NCBI GenBank assembly: GCA_965214105.1
Contig: OZ243934.1
Coordinates: forward strand, 96,374 to 160,373
DNA length: 64,000 nucleotides
Direction: 5' to 3'
Source: Phototrophicaceae bacterium
Lineage (GTDB): Bacteria > Chloroflexota > Anaerolineae > Aggregatilineales > Phototrophicaceae
Shown piece by piece: positions 19,524 to 29,405 of the stretch; within the stretch, counting starts at the first letter, position 1, and the number at the start of each line of letters is the position of its first letter. The position numbers and the translations under genes were made by a program. The notes beneath the pieces were generated by a model. It worked only from the letters and a program-made list of their open reading frames with translations, was not told the origin of the DNA and made no database searches.

Positions 19524-20741
19524 TTAGAATGGCGCGCCTTGGTGTATTTGCCCATTTTTGACCTGGTAAACCTTCGCCCGCCCCAAGAAGTCGGGGCTAA
19601 AAATCTCGAGTTCGGTGCTGGTCACCAGTGTCTGCGCCGCGCCATCGAGCCGCTCTAGCAGATAGGCGCGCCGGCTGCTATCCAATTCGGCGACCACTTC
19701 GTCAAGCAAGAAGAGTGGGTACTCGCCGAGCTGATCGCGCATCCACTGCAACTCGGCGAACTTCAGCGCCAAGACGGCGGTGCGCGCCTGCCCGCGGCTG
19801 CCATACAAGCCACAGTCGCGCTCATTGATGAAGAGGCGAAGTTCGTCGCGATGCGGTCCGGCGCTGGTGATGCCCCGCCCGATTGCCTCCTGCCGCTGCG
19901 CCAGCAAGCGCTCGAGGAATTGCGGCCGTATCTCCGCCGCCGTCAGTTGGCGCTGCAGGTCTAGCCCGCTGATATCAAATGCGAGCTGCCGCCCCTGCCC
20001 AGCCGCGCTGGGTAGGATGCTGGGCCGATAATGCAGGCTCAAGGTTTCGCGCCCGCCAGTCAAGGCAAGATGGGTGGCGCGGGCTTTTAATTCCAGCTCG
20101 CGCAGGAAGCGCTGACGCCTGGCGATGATGATGGCGCCGCTGGCAGCCAACTGCTCGTCCCAGAATTCCAGCTCAACCGCGTCGGCGCGTCTTTCGCCGA
20201 TCCGTTTGAGGAGCGCGTTGCGCTGTGGCAGCAGCTTTTCATACTCCTGCAGCGCCAGCAGGTATTCAAGATCCACCTGCCGCAGCGTCCCGTCCATGAA
20301 GCGGCGGCGATCGCTGGGCGAGCCTTCCACCAGGGATAGATCCCGCGGCAGGAAGAGCACAACATTCAGCAAGCCGATGACATCCATGACTCGCTTCTCG
20401 ATATTATTGAGCTTGACCGCTTTCTTGAAGCGCGGCTTGCCCGCCGTCATATCCAGCAGCAGCGTGACATCCAGTTTGTGATAGGCGCCATTCGCGCCGC
20501 CGATTTCAGCCGACAAGCGGGCAAAGGGAATCGGGTCCTTTTCGGTGCGCCAGTGGATGAGCTGCCGGTCGCTGCTGGTATAGGGTGAAGTCGAGGTTGC
20601 TAGGTAGAAGATCGCTTCCAGCGCGCTAGTTTTGCCCTGGGCATTATCGCCAACCAGCACCACCGGGCGATCGGCTGGCGGGCTGAATTCCAGCCGCGCG
20701 TAATTGCGGAAGTTCGTCAGCGAGAGATGGTCAATCTGCAT
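19524..20741 (-). CDS. recF: DNA replication and repair protein RecF
   Basis: MQIDHLSLTNFRNY...LVGDNAQGKTSALEAI (Walker A), LLLDEVVAELD (Walker B). Confidence 0.95.
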   Translation of the reverse strand: MQIDHLSLTNFRNYARLEFSPPADRPVVLVGDNAQGKTSALEAIFYLATSTSPYTSSDRQLIHWRTEKDPIPFARLSAEIGGANGAYHKLDVTLLLDMTAGKPRFKKAVKLNNIEKRVMDVIGLLNVVLFLPRDLSLVEGSPSDRRRFMDGTLRQVDLEYLLALQEYEKLLPQRNALLKRIGERRADAVELEFWDEQLAASGAIIIARRQRFLRELELKARATHLALTGGRETLSLHYRPSILPSAAGQGRQLAFDISGLDLQRQLTAAEIRPQFLERLLAQRQEAIGRGITSAGPHRDELRLFINERDCGLYGSRGQARTAVLALKFAELQWMRDQLGEYPLFLLDEVVAELDSSRRAYLLERLDGAAQTLVTSTELEIFSPDFLGRAKVYQVKNGQIHQGAPF

Positions 20742-20869
20742 GGCGCGCCCGTCGGCTATTGCTAGCTGCGCGAAATTCTCGTCACAGTTGCCTCAAGTGT
20801 AGGCAAAGTCGCCGCCTATTGCTATGGGAGGGGGGAAGATTTTGAGGGCTTGCCAAAGACGCCAGCCGC

Positions 20870-22009
20870 TCAAGCGCCCACCCATTGCGGCAAGAAGGCA
20901 TCTTCGGCGACTTTAAAGTTTAAACCAGTGTCGAGATTGTGCAGCCAGATTTCGGGCAGTGCCGGACCAGCGCCGCTTGTTTCGTCCCGCACCAGGGGGA
21001 AGCGCTGCGACACCAGTTGATCTCCCTTGAGATTCCAGCGGAAATACGATGTCGTATAGCGTGGTTCATAGGCGATTGGCTTCAAGGCTGCTGCGGGCGC
21101 GGAAACTTGCTTCAGATAGAGCTGATGCCCGGGCGTCCAGCGCTCATCCGTATAGCGCCGGGCGAGGGCGACCGTCTCCCCATCCGGGCTCCACTGGGCG
21201 GTGGCGTCATCGGTTGGTCCCTGCGGGTCGGTGAAAGCGGCGAAGGTCTTCGCCCCCAGGTCGGCGATGCGCAGGTGAGTGAAGAATTGTTCGCCGCGGC
21301 GAATAAGCTCGGGGAATATCAGCTGGGTGCCATTGGGCGCGAGTGTGCCCATCGTGCCATGCGACGACGGGATGAAGCGGAGCTGAACATCGTCATTGCC
21401 ACGCGGGATGAAATCGTAGATCAACATGCCCGGCTGCGTCACATCGGCGCTGTAGAAGGCGACCGTATTGCTATCAGCCGACCAGATTGGGCTATGCCCC
21501 AGCACTTGCTTATCGGCGATGAGCGGGGCGCTGTCATAGCTGGCGCTATTCATATTGACGAGCCAGATGCGCGGCAGCCCATAGCGCCCGCCAATCGACT
21601 CGGCGCGTTGATAAACCAGCCATTTGCCATCGGGGCTGAAAACGGGGCTGGCGCAATTCGCTTGCAGAGCCACACAATCCACCAGGTCAGCCAAGCGGTC
21701 GCTGGCGAGATCGAGCAGGCGCAGCGTGACGGCGCCGACTTTGCTCCGCTCGGCAAATGCCAGCCAGCGGCCATCGGCGCTGAAGTCGTAGTCAAAGACC
21801 CCATATTCGCTGAAGCTGAGCTGCCGCTGCTTTGCGGGATCGTCGATATCAGCCAGCCAGACATTCTGCGTGCCGCCGGTAGCGGGCTGAAGAAAGGCGA
21901 TATACGTGGGCTGCCGCGCTGGATCCATCAGCCAAGCAGCCCCGCCCACGCCCAGCAAACAGACGCAGACGATTATAAGAGCAGCGATATCAAGCTTGTC
22001 TGGTTTCAT
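20870..22009 (-). CDS. membrane-anchored TolB-like (PD40) beta-propeller protein
   Basis: N-terminal TM segment. Repeated FSPDGKWLVY / WSADSNTVAF / WSPDGETVAL blades. Confidence 0.7.
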   Translation of the reverse strand: MKPDKLDIAALIIVCVCLLGVGGAAWLMDPARQPTYIAFLQPATGGTQNVWLADIDDPAKQRQLSFSEYGVFDYDFSADGRWLAFAERSKVGAVTLRLLDLASDRLADLVDCVALQANCASPVFSPDGKWLVYQRAESIGGRYGLPRIWLVNMNSASYDSAPLIADKQVLGHSPIWSADSNTVAFYSADVTQPGMLIYDFIPRGNDDVQLRFIPSSHGTMGTLAPNGTQLIFPELIRRGEQFFTHLRIADLGAKTFAAFTDPQGPTDDATAQWSPDGETVALARRYTDERWTPGHQLYLKQVSAPAAALKPIAYEPRYTTSYFRWNLKGDQLVSQRFPLVRDETSGAGPALPEIWLHNLDTGLNFKVAEDAFLPQWVGA

Positions 22010-22031
22010 GTCGCATCAATCGCTCAGGCGC

Positions 22032-22784
22032 TCAGGGATATAAATACGGTTGGCGCGGTTCATCGACCCGCTCGATCGCTTCGGCGAAGACGACGGGCAA
22101 GCGGTCCGCGCCGAAGCTTGATGCTTTTAATTGCCCCTGCACGCGCAGCCATTCGCCGGCGGCATAACCCGCCGCGCCAGTGCCGATCACCGGCATGCCG
22201 ATAGGAAAGGCATCGGCGACGCAGCAGCTCATCGTGAAGCGCGCGAGCATGAAGCCATCTTGCGGATGCGCCGGCTCGCGATAGACAAAGCCAATCACAT
22301 CCACCGGGCTGCCGTTGAATTGCGCAGGGCTAGCGGCGCGGTCGAATTCGCGCAGCCAATCCAGTATATTGCGATCCAGCGGGCTGCGCGCCAAGCCAGC
22401 GACGCCCACCGGGCTCAAGCTGACGCCGCCGTTCACCGCCTCGATGCCCAGGGACCGCGACGGAATTACAATCGCTATCAGCAGCGGAAAAGCCAGCACC
22501 AGCAGCATATCGGCTGTGATATGGTAATGATGATGATCGTGATGATGATGATCGTGGTGTGCCTGCTTTTGCGAGTTTAGGCTGTGGTATAGGCTGGTGA
22601 GCCCAAGGACGAAGAAGAGCAGCGCACCCACGGCAACCAGCCAAGCAAAGCGCTGATTGATGTAATTATCGAGATTGCCGGTCACTATCAGCAGCGCCAG
22701 GTAAATGCCCATGCCAAAAAGGATGAGGGACTTCGCCCAAGCGCTTCGGTCCACTGGGGCATGTTCTTGGTCGGGCGCCGTCAT
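22032..22784 (-). CDS. DUF1980/TIGR03943-type membrane protein with His-rich loop (partner of the upstream permease)
   Basis: Two N-terminal TM segments, HHDHHHHDHHHYH, and C-terminal RFTMSCCVADAFPIGMPV. Confidence 0.75.
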   Translation of the reverse strand: MTAPDQEHAPVDRSAWAKSLILFGMGIYLALLIVTGNLDNYINQRFAWLVAVGALLFFVLGLTSLYHSLNSQKQAHHDHHHHDHHHYHITADMLLVLAFPLLIAIVIPSRSLGIEAVNGGVSLSPVGVAGLARSPLDRNILDWLREFDRAASPAQFNGSPVDVIGFVYREPAHPQDGFMLARFTMSCCVADAFPIGMPVIGTGAAGYAAGEWLRVQGQLKASSFGADRLPVVFAEAIERVDEPRQPYLYP

Positions 22785-22812
22785 TGCTTCAGCCTCGCTC
22801 TAAATCCCAGCA

Positions 22813-23871
22813 TCAGAAATAAGCCAAAATGAGATTGATCACGGTCCCCGCCAGCAGGTTCATCACGAAGGGCAGCAGAACCAGGTAAAACACGATGCGG
22901 CGGCGGAAGACGCCGGTGAACATCAAGGTGCTTTTGATATCGACCATCGGCCCAAAGCTGAGGAAGCTGACGATAGCGCCGGTGGTGAAGGTGTTGACGA
23001 ATGCCAGCGCCAAGAAACTATCGACGGTTGAGCAGACGCTGAGCACATAGGCGAGAATCTGCATGAATACGACCGAGAGCACCGGTCCCGTGCCCAGTGC
23101 GAGCAGGCTTTCTTGTGGCACCAGCGTTTGCATCAGCGCCGCCAGAATCGAGCCGAAGATGAGAAAGCGCCCCATCTCGAAGAATTCGTCGCCAGCGATG
23201 CCCAGCGCCGCCATCAGCTTGGCGCGCGTCGATGGCTCGGGCTGGTCGCAATGCGCGTCATCGTCCTTGCCCGCGCCCAGCGCAATCGGCTTTAGCGCTG
23301 CCGACCGTTTCGTCAAGCTGCCAATAACCGTGCCGACGATGACAGCGACTAAGATGGTGACGATGATGCGGCCGATGAAGACGGGACCAAAGCCAAAGGC
23401 GATATAGGTGCTGGCGAAAACGATGGGATTCATGAATGGCGCCGCCAACAGGAAAGCCAGCCCCAGCGAAATCGGTGTGCCTTTGCTGAAGAGCCGGCGC
23501 GCCACCGGCACCACCCCACACTCGCAAACGGGAAACACCAAACCCAGAAAAGCGCCGCCAAGCGCCGCGCCCAGCGGATTCCGCGGCAGATGACGCATGA
23601 TGTCCTCCGATTTGATGAAGGTTTCGATCAAGCCGGAAGTAATCGAGCCTAGCAGCAGAAATGGCACCGCCTCAACGAAGATGCCCAGGAAGCGCGTGGC
23701 AAAGACGCTAAAGACCAGCATAAAGTCCCGGCTGGCGCTGTATGCCTGATAACCGATGGCAGCCAGCAAAAGCGCCATCAGCAGCGCCAAGCCGATGAAT
23801 TTTGCCTGCTGAGAGGAATTGAGGGAGCGAAGGCGGCGACGGGTCATTGCCTGCTCTGTTCCATAGCGCAC
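22813..23871 (-). CDS. permease (DUF318/ArsP-like) with CxCG motif; start may be ATG at 23847
   Basis: Polytopic. VFPVCECGVVPVARRL is characteristic of this permease family. Confidence 0.8.
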   Translation of the reverse strand: MRYGTEQAMTRRRLRSLNSSQQAKFIGLALLMALLLAAIGYQAYSASRDFMLVFSVFATRFLGIFVEAVPFLLLGSITSGLIETFIKSEDIMRHLPRNPLGAALGGAFLGLVFPVCECGVVPVARRLFSKGTPISLGLAFLLAAPFMNPIVFASTYIAFGFGPVFIGRIIVTILVAVIVGTVIGSLTKRSAALKPIALGAGKDDDAHCDQPEPSTRAKLMAALGIAGDEFFEMGRFLIFGSILAALMQTLVPQESLLALGTGPVLSVVFMQILAYVLSVCSTVDSFLALAFVNTFTTGAIVSFLSFGPMVDIKSTLMFTGVFRRRIVFYLVLLPFVMNLLAGTVINLILAYF

Positions 23872-23944
23872 CGAGCGGACGGCGCGGCTCTATGTAAATC
23901 GCTCAATATCATGGCTAGGCGCTGCCTCTGCCAAGAGCATCCCC

Positions 23945-25723
23945 TTAATCAGACGCGCCCGGCGCCCCATTGGCGGGCCGGCGGCGCGGGAGGACGCGGT
24001 AGATGGTGTCAATCGCTTCGAAGCCGGCTTTGGCTTTTCGCGTGGGCAGCGGCTCGGCTGGGATAGAATCTTTGACCAAGGCATAAGTCTCGGCGCTGAT
24101 AATAATCTCGCCCGGTTCCGCGTTTTCCTGCAAGAATTTGCCCACATCGGGCGCTTCGCCAAGGGCGGCGAACTCGATGCGGTCGGCGCCACCCACCATG
24201 CCCAGCACCGCATGCCCCGTGTGGATGCCGATGCAAAAACGCAGCGCCTGCTCCTTAGCGACGACTTCATGCAGCGATTCAACCTCCTCCAGAATCGCTA
24301 GCGCCGTCTGCACCGCCCGCTGCGCATGATCATCTTGCTGGTTCAATTGCGAATTCCAGAGCGCCTTGATCGCATCGCCGAGATACTGATCGACAATGCC
24401 GTCGTGGTCGTTGATGACATCGCTGGCTGCGCCTAGGTAGCGGTTGATGATGCGCATCAAATCTTCGGGCTGCAAATACTCGCTGAAGGCGGTGAAGCCA
24501 TCGACATCGGCGAACATTGCCGAGATCGTGCGCTCGGCTGGGCTGGTATCCAGCTCGCTGATCGAGCCGATATTTTGCAGCAACACGTCGGGCACGAAGG
24601 TGCCAAGCAGGCGGCGCTGTTCTTCTTGCTCTTTGCGCTCGGTCAAGTCGTCAATAACGAGGGCGACACCGTGATAGACGTGGTCATCGCTGCGCAGGGG
24701 GCTGGCAACCACCTGCCAATAGCGCTGCCGGCCCTGCCGCTCAAAACGCTCCGCCCAGATATGCTGCGTCTGCTCGCGCCGGACACGCTCGATAGAGTCA
24801 TAGAAATCATCGGTGACCGGGGGCAGCACCTCCTGCAAGCGCAAGCCCCGTGCCGTCTCGTTGCTGGCACCGGTGATTGCTTCCGCCGCTTCGTTGCAGA
24901 CCAGGACGCGATTATCGCCGTTGATGGTAATGACGCCAGAGCCGATGGAGGCGAAGATATTCGACAGGCGCGCTTGCATCTCTTCGATCAATGCCATTTG
25001 CGCGCGTATATCTTCGAAGAGGCGCGCATTCTCGATAGCGACGGCCGCCTGCTGGCCGAAGCTGGTCAGCAAGCCCAATTCGTTTTCCTTGAACAAACCA
25101 GCCATGATGCGATTATCACAATAGGCGACGCCGATCACTTCATCGCGCGCGATCAAGGGCACCGCCAAGATGCTGAGAAGGCTGAACCCGGCGATGCTCT
25201 CGCTGTGGCTGAATTGCTCATCAGCGCCAGCGTCGACCGTCAGCAGCGGCTCGCCGCTTTCCGCCACCATATTGATGACAGACCAACTGACGATACGCCC
25301 GCCCGCCGCCGTTTCTTCGGCGCTAAGCCCACGGGCGACAGCAAATTCCAGCGCGCCGCTTTCGCGATTCTTCAGCACGATATAACCGCGTTCCGCCTGC
25401 GTCAGTTGAATGACCGTCTCCATCACTTCATTGAGGACGGCGTCGGTTTCTTGCGCTGAATTGACCAGGGCGGTCGTCTCCGCCAGGCGCCGCAGCTGCT
25501 GCAGCTGCAGATGGGTATCCACCAAGCCAACAGAGAGCTTGTCAAAGCGGGAGCGGATGGTCCATAAGCGGTCGATAGCATTGGCCGGCAGGCTAATGCC
25601 GCGGCGGCGCAGCAATTCCCCCTGCTGCTCTAGCATCGTCTTCACTTCGTCAGCGCGCGTCTTCAAGCTCTTAAGCTGGGATTGAATCGCGCTGAATCCA
25701 CTTGCGCTTGCCAGCTCGCTCAT
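23945..25723 (-). CDS. coiled-coil/GAF/PAS class III nucleotidyl cyclase, C1-like (metal-binding half-site)
   Basis: FADVDGFT and DQYLGDAIKALW keep both metal Asp residues. The canonical G..VN.A.R is GEAPDVGKF (Asn->Asp, Arg->Phe). The ATG at 25723 forms an ATGA overlap with the upstream paralog stop. The track start is 25729. Confidence 0.9.
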   Translation of the reverse strand: MSELASASGFSAIQSQLKSLKTRADEVKTMLEQQGELLRRRGISLPANAIDRLWTIRSRFDKLSVGLVDTHLQLQQLRRLAETTALVNSAQETDAVLNEVMETVIQLTQAERGYIVLKNRESGALEFAVARGLSAEETAAGGRIVSWSVINMVAESGEPLLTVDAGADEQFSHSESIAGFSLLSILAVPLIARDEVIGVAYCDNRIMAGLFKENELGLLTSFGQQAAVAIENARLFEDIRAQMALIEEMQARLSNIFASIGSGVITINGDNRVLVCNEAAEAITGASNETARGLRLQEVLPPVTDDFYDSIERVRREQTQHIWAERFERQGRQRYWQVVASPLRSDDHVYHGVALVIDDLTERKEQEEQRRLLGTFVPDVLLQNIGSISELDTSPAERTISAMFADVDGFTAFSEYLQPEDLMRIINRYLGAASDVINDHDGIVDQYLGDAIKALWNSQLNQQDDHAQRAVQTALAILEEVESLHEVVAKEQALRFCIGIHTGHAVLGMVGGADRIEFAALGEAPDVGKFLQENAEPGEIIISAETYALVKDSIPAEPLPTRKAKAGFEAIDTIYRVLPRRRPANGAPGASD

Positions 25724-27519
25724 TCGCATCGACTCACTTCATAAGCCCGCATCGCGACCGAAAGCCCTTTGCCAGAGATGGGCGCGCGCGGGCGAAAGTC
25801 ATAGCGCTGCGGACCCTGGTGGCGCGCCAGGATATGCTCCAGCGTTTGCTGCACAATCGTGATCGTGCCGCGGGCGGCATTTTCTTGGATGCGTTTGGCG
25901 GTGTTGATGCTGTTGCCAAGCGCCGTGAATTCGCGCCGCTGGAAGCTGCCCACATTGCCCAAAGTCGCCTCGCCGGTGAACATGCCGATGATATAGAAGT
26001 GCGGCTCGGGGTCGATACCCATTTGCCGATAGAGTTCGACAAAGCGCTCGCGCATCAGCAAGCCGCATTCAAGCGCCATCTGCGCGTGATTGCGCTGGGG
26101 ATTAAGCTGGGTATTGAAGAGCGCCATCACCTCATTGCCCATGTACTTGTCGATGATCCCGCCGCTGCTATGGATGCAGGCGGTAGCGATCGACTGGTAT
26201 TGGTTCAAAAGCCGAAGTTTCTCGCTGGCGGCGACATCGGGCAGCGTGGCCCAGGGGCGGACGTCGGCGAAGAGGCAAGTCACCTCGCGCCGCAAGCCGC
26301 CTAGCCCGATATTGGCGATCTCGCTGATCTGGTCGACCATGCCTTCGGGCAAGATCCGCTTCATGGCGTTGATGGTGCTTTCATGCTCGTGCAAATGCGT
26401 GACATCATCCATGACCAGGGCAACGCCCTGCGTCATGTCGTTGCTGTCCTTTAGCGGCGACAGCGAAAGCGCCAAGGCAACCGGGCCGCGGCTCGGCAGC
26501 TCGGCGCTTAATTCAAGCGAGTGATCGATGTCATTCAATTTGACATGGTCCAAGTGGTCTTGCAGCTCAAGCGCCGCGTTCCGCATCACCTGGGCGACAT
26601 CGTAGCCGACCGCCACCTCAGGCGACATATCGAGAATCTCGGAGGCGGCGCGGTTGAAGGTGTGCACCAAGTCATTCGAATCGATGGCGATGATGCCGCT
26701 GCCCACCGATGAAAAGATATTGTCCATCAACTCCTTGACTTGGGTAAGCTCAGCCAAGACCAGCTCAGCGCGCATATACATGCGGGCATTGGCAATGGCG
26801 ACCGCAGCCGTATTGGCGAAAGCCATCATCAGGTTCAGTTCGCGCTCGGTAAAAATGCCAGCCACTAAGCGATTATCCACATAGACAACGCCGATGACCC
26901 GCTCTTTGTAGCGCAGCGGCACACACAAGACAGAGCGCAGCGTAAAATTGATGATGCTCTGATTCTCTGAAAGCCGCTCGTCCTGGTAGGCGTTATCCGC
27001 CAGCAAAGGATTGCCGGTTCTCATCACTTCGTGGACGACCGTCAGGCTGATTTGCGGTCTGTCGCTGGTGTTCATGCTGGCGCCCATCAGCCCGCCTTCG
27101 CTGCTAATGCGGAATTCCAGCTCGCCGGTCTCCTCGTTGGATAAGACGATGTAACCGCGCTCGGCATTCGTCAGCACGATGACCAGTTCCATCGTTTCTT
27201 GCAGGACGGTATCCACATTCAGCGAATTGGTAATGCGGGTGGACATCTCCGAGAGGGCGCGCAGCTGCTGCAGCTCGGTCTGCTCCTCAAGCACGTTGTT
27301 TTCCAAGCGTTTAAAATCTTGCTTGAGCTGCTCGATGCTGCTGATGATGGCGGCTGGCATGGCGATGCGCCGGCGCCGCAGCAATTCCCGCTGCGCTTCC
27401 AGCGTCTTAGTCACCTCGTCCAACTGTTCTTCCAGCTGTCTCAGCTCGCTTATCAAATTGCTCGCTGCCGCTTGCGCTTCCGACATGCGATCGCTCGCCT
27501 CTCTCAATCCAAGCCGCAT
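25720..27519 (-). CDS. coiled-coil/GAF/PAS class III nucleotidyl cyclase, C2-like (substrate/transition-state half-site)
   Basis: FADVRPWAT. DKYMGNEVMALF has the second metal Asp replaced by Asn and keeps the Lys. GNSINTAKRIQ keeps Asn and Arg. Confidence 0.9.
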   Translation of the reverse strand: MRLGLREASDRMSEAQAAASNLISELRQLEEQLDEVTKTLEAQRELLRRRRIAMPAAIISSIEQLKQDFKRLENNVLEEQTELQQLRALSEMSTRITNSLNVDTVLQETMELVIVLTNAERGYIVLSNEETGELEFRISSEGGLMGASMNTSDRPQISLTVVHEVMRTGNPLLADNAYQDERLSENQSIINFTLRSVLCVPLRYKERVIGVVYVDNRLVAGIFTERELNLMMAFANTAAVAIANARMYMRAELVLAELTQVKELMDNIFSSVGSGIIAIDSNDLVHTFNRAASEILDMSPEVAVGYDVAQVMRNAALELQDHLDHVKLNDIDHSLELSAELPSRGPVALALSLSPLKDSNDMTQGVALVMDDVTHLHEHESTINAMKRILPEGMVDQISEIANIGLGGLRREVTCLFADVRPWATLPDVAASEKLRLLNQYQSIATACIHSSGGIIDKYMGNEVMALFNTQLNPQRNHAQMALECGLLMRERFVELYRQMGIDPEPHFYIIGMFTGEATLGNVGSFQRREFTALGNSINTAKRIQENAARGTITIVQQTLEHILARHQGPQRYDFRPRAPISGKGLSVAMRAYEVSRCE

Positions 27520-27595
27520 TCCTTACGCGGGCGCAGATCTTAACTGGCTTAAATTATACTTCATATGACGCTGATAGCCTATGCTGCGCCAGCGC

Positions 27596-27929
27596 GGGAG
27601 TGGTGAATATCGTGGATATGCCCATTTCACAAACCCCACCCCCGGCCCCTCCCGACGGGTCAGTGTCGGCGGGCTGTGTCTACGCGCCCTACGCGACCCC
27701 GATGAATCAGGGAGGGGAGCATTGCTAGCAAATCCTGAGTCCGAGCCTTTACAAACTCCGAAAAAGATACATAGCTCCCCTTCCCTAGCTCGCTGGGGAA
27801 GGGGCTGCGCCGCGTGGACACTGGCCGGTCGGGGATGGGGTCGAAAAACCGAAGACGATCGACCAGTAGCGGACAAGTCTTACAATTCAGCGTGAGCAGG
27901 CTTTATATCCACCGAATTCACCACTCCCC
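27596..27929. repeat. mosaic hairpin-rich MITE-like element, copy B
   Basis: Bounded by GGGAGTGGTGAAT (27596-27608) and ATTCACCACTCCCC (27916-27929). The interior shares the CCCCTTCCCTAGCTNGCTGGGGAAGGGG hairpin and GGTCGGGGATGGGGT modules with the other copies. Confidence 0.75.
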
Positions 27930-27952
27930 CGGCGCGGGCCGGGCAATCGCGC

Positions 27953-29263
27953 CTATTTCTTCATGGCGAGGCGGGCGGCCCGCCGGCCAATCTCGATGGC
28001 GTAATTGGTGCCGCGGTCCCAGGGGTAGACCTGCGACATGCTAGCCCAGTACAGCCCCGGCAGCGGCGTCTGAATGTCTGGGATTTTTTGGCTGTGATTG
28101 AGCTCGGGCACGGGCTGGGCGTAGGGCGCGCGCCAAACCCACCACTTGCGAATCCAGTCTGGCTGGAAGGCTGGGTTCACCTTTTTCAGCGCCGGCATAA
28201 AACGCTCGACCAGCGCCGCCGGGCTCAGCTGAAAGTATTCGTGGCTGGGCGGCACGTAATCGCCACAGTAGACGATATGGTCGCCGCCGTAATGCTCGCG
28301 CGAGATGTAGTTGGTATGCTCGACCAGCGCCAGAAAGGGAAAAGCCGACTGCGACTTATCGGCGGTGGCCGCCGGTAGGTTGAGCCAATAGCTGTCGTCT
28401 GGCATGAGGGACCGCTTCAAAGCAAAAACGACGCATAAGCCGCCGATGCTGCGCAGCGCCGCCACTCGCTTGCCGTACTCTGTATCAGCCAAGCCGCTAG
28501 CCATTTGCAGCAGCAAGCGCGGCGAGGTTGTGCTCAAGACTTGGTCGCAGCTCTGTCGCTGGCCATCAATGGTGAGCGTCGGCTTGCCCTCATGCTGGCT
28601 GATGCTTTCGACGCGCGCGTTCAGCCGAATCCTTACGCCTTGCGCCCGCAGCTGGCGCGCCAGTTCATCAAGGAACGCTTGAAAGCCGCCCTCATACGTG
28701 CCCAGCTCCAGCGAGCGCTTGACAATCCGCGCCCACATGAAAGACATCGGCACTTGATCGTATTGTTCGGCGAATTTGCCTATCAGCAGCGGCTTGAAGA
28801 ATTTCTCGTAGGCTTCGCGCCCCATCCAGCGGCGCATCCACTGGTCGGCGGTGACGCGCTCGAATGGCTGCCAGCGCGGCGTCAGCTTGATGAAGCTGCC
28901 AGCCAGCGCCATACGCAATGTCGATGCCAGCGAGAGCGGCAGGAAGAGCGCCGAGGGCGAAATCTCGCTGCGAACCGGTTTCCCATCGAGCCAATAGCTG
29001 GTCTTCGGGCGCTGAAAGATGATGCGGTCGCGCGTGCCCATCTCCTCCGCGAGCGCGAAGATATCCGTATCGCTGGCGAACCAATGATGATAAAACTTTT
29101 CCAGCGTCCAGTCCCAACTCTCATCCTTGAAGCCGGCCGCCAGCCCGCCGACGCGCTGGTCCGCTTCGTAAATTGTGACCTGGCAGCCCGCTTTGGCGAA
29201 ATCCCAGGCGGCTGCCAGCCCGGCCGCGCCGGCGCCGATGATGCCGATTCTCGTTCTGTTCAT
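27953..29263 (-). CDS. FAD-dependent oxidoreductase (amine oxidase/phytoene desaturase-like)
   Basis: N-terminal dinucleotide fold IGIIGAGAAGLAAAWDFAKAGCQVTIYEADQRVGG. Confidence 0.85.
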   Translation of the reverse strand: MNRTRIGIIGAGAAGLAAAWDFAKAGCQVTIYEADQRVGGLAAGFKDESWDWTLEKFYHHWFASDTDIFALAEEMGTRDRIIFQRPKTSYWLDGKPVRSEISPSALFLPLSLASTLRMALAGSFIKLTPRWQPFERVTADQWMRRWMGREAYEKFFKPLLIGKFAEQYDQVPMSFMWARIVKRSLELGTYEGGFQAFLDELARQLRAQGVRIRLNARVESISQHEGKPTLTIDGQRQSCDQVLSTTSPRLLLQMASGLADTEYGKRVAALRSIGGLCVVFALKRSLMPDDSYWLNLPAATADKSQSAFPFLALVEHTNYISREHYGGDHIVYCGDYVPPSHEYFQLSPAALVERFMPALKKVNPAFQPDWIRKWWVWRAPYAQPVPELNHSQKIPDIQTPLPGLYWASMSQVYPWDRGTNYAIEIGRRAARLAMKK

Positions 29264-29405
29264 GCAGTTTCTCGGCTGCTTATCATATCATAGGCCGCCT
29301 ATTCTACATTTGCCGCAATATGCCCGCGCGCGCCAGCACAGGGAATCGCCCCCGCCATAGCTCCCCCAAGCGCCTAAGCGCCGATTGGAACAGGCGGCTG
29401 GGCAG

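Noticed and set aside
20939-22204. 421-aa + ORF, and similar long ORFs 46622..47686 +, 50469..51524 -, 51894..52952 -, 55287..56090 +, 58270..59616 +, 35820..36665 -
   Set aside because: Each lies antisense to a gene with clear family motifs (PD40 propeller, GH29, Gfo/Idh/MocA, 2-HADH, SBP, FG-GAP, FN3). All have the Arg/Gly/Ala-rich composition expected of non-coding frames in high-GC DNA.
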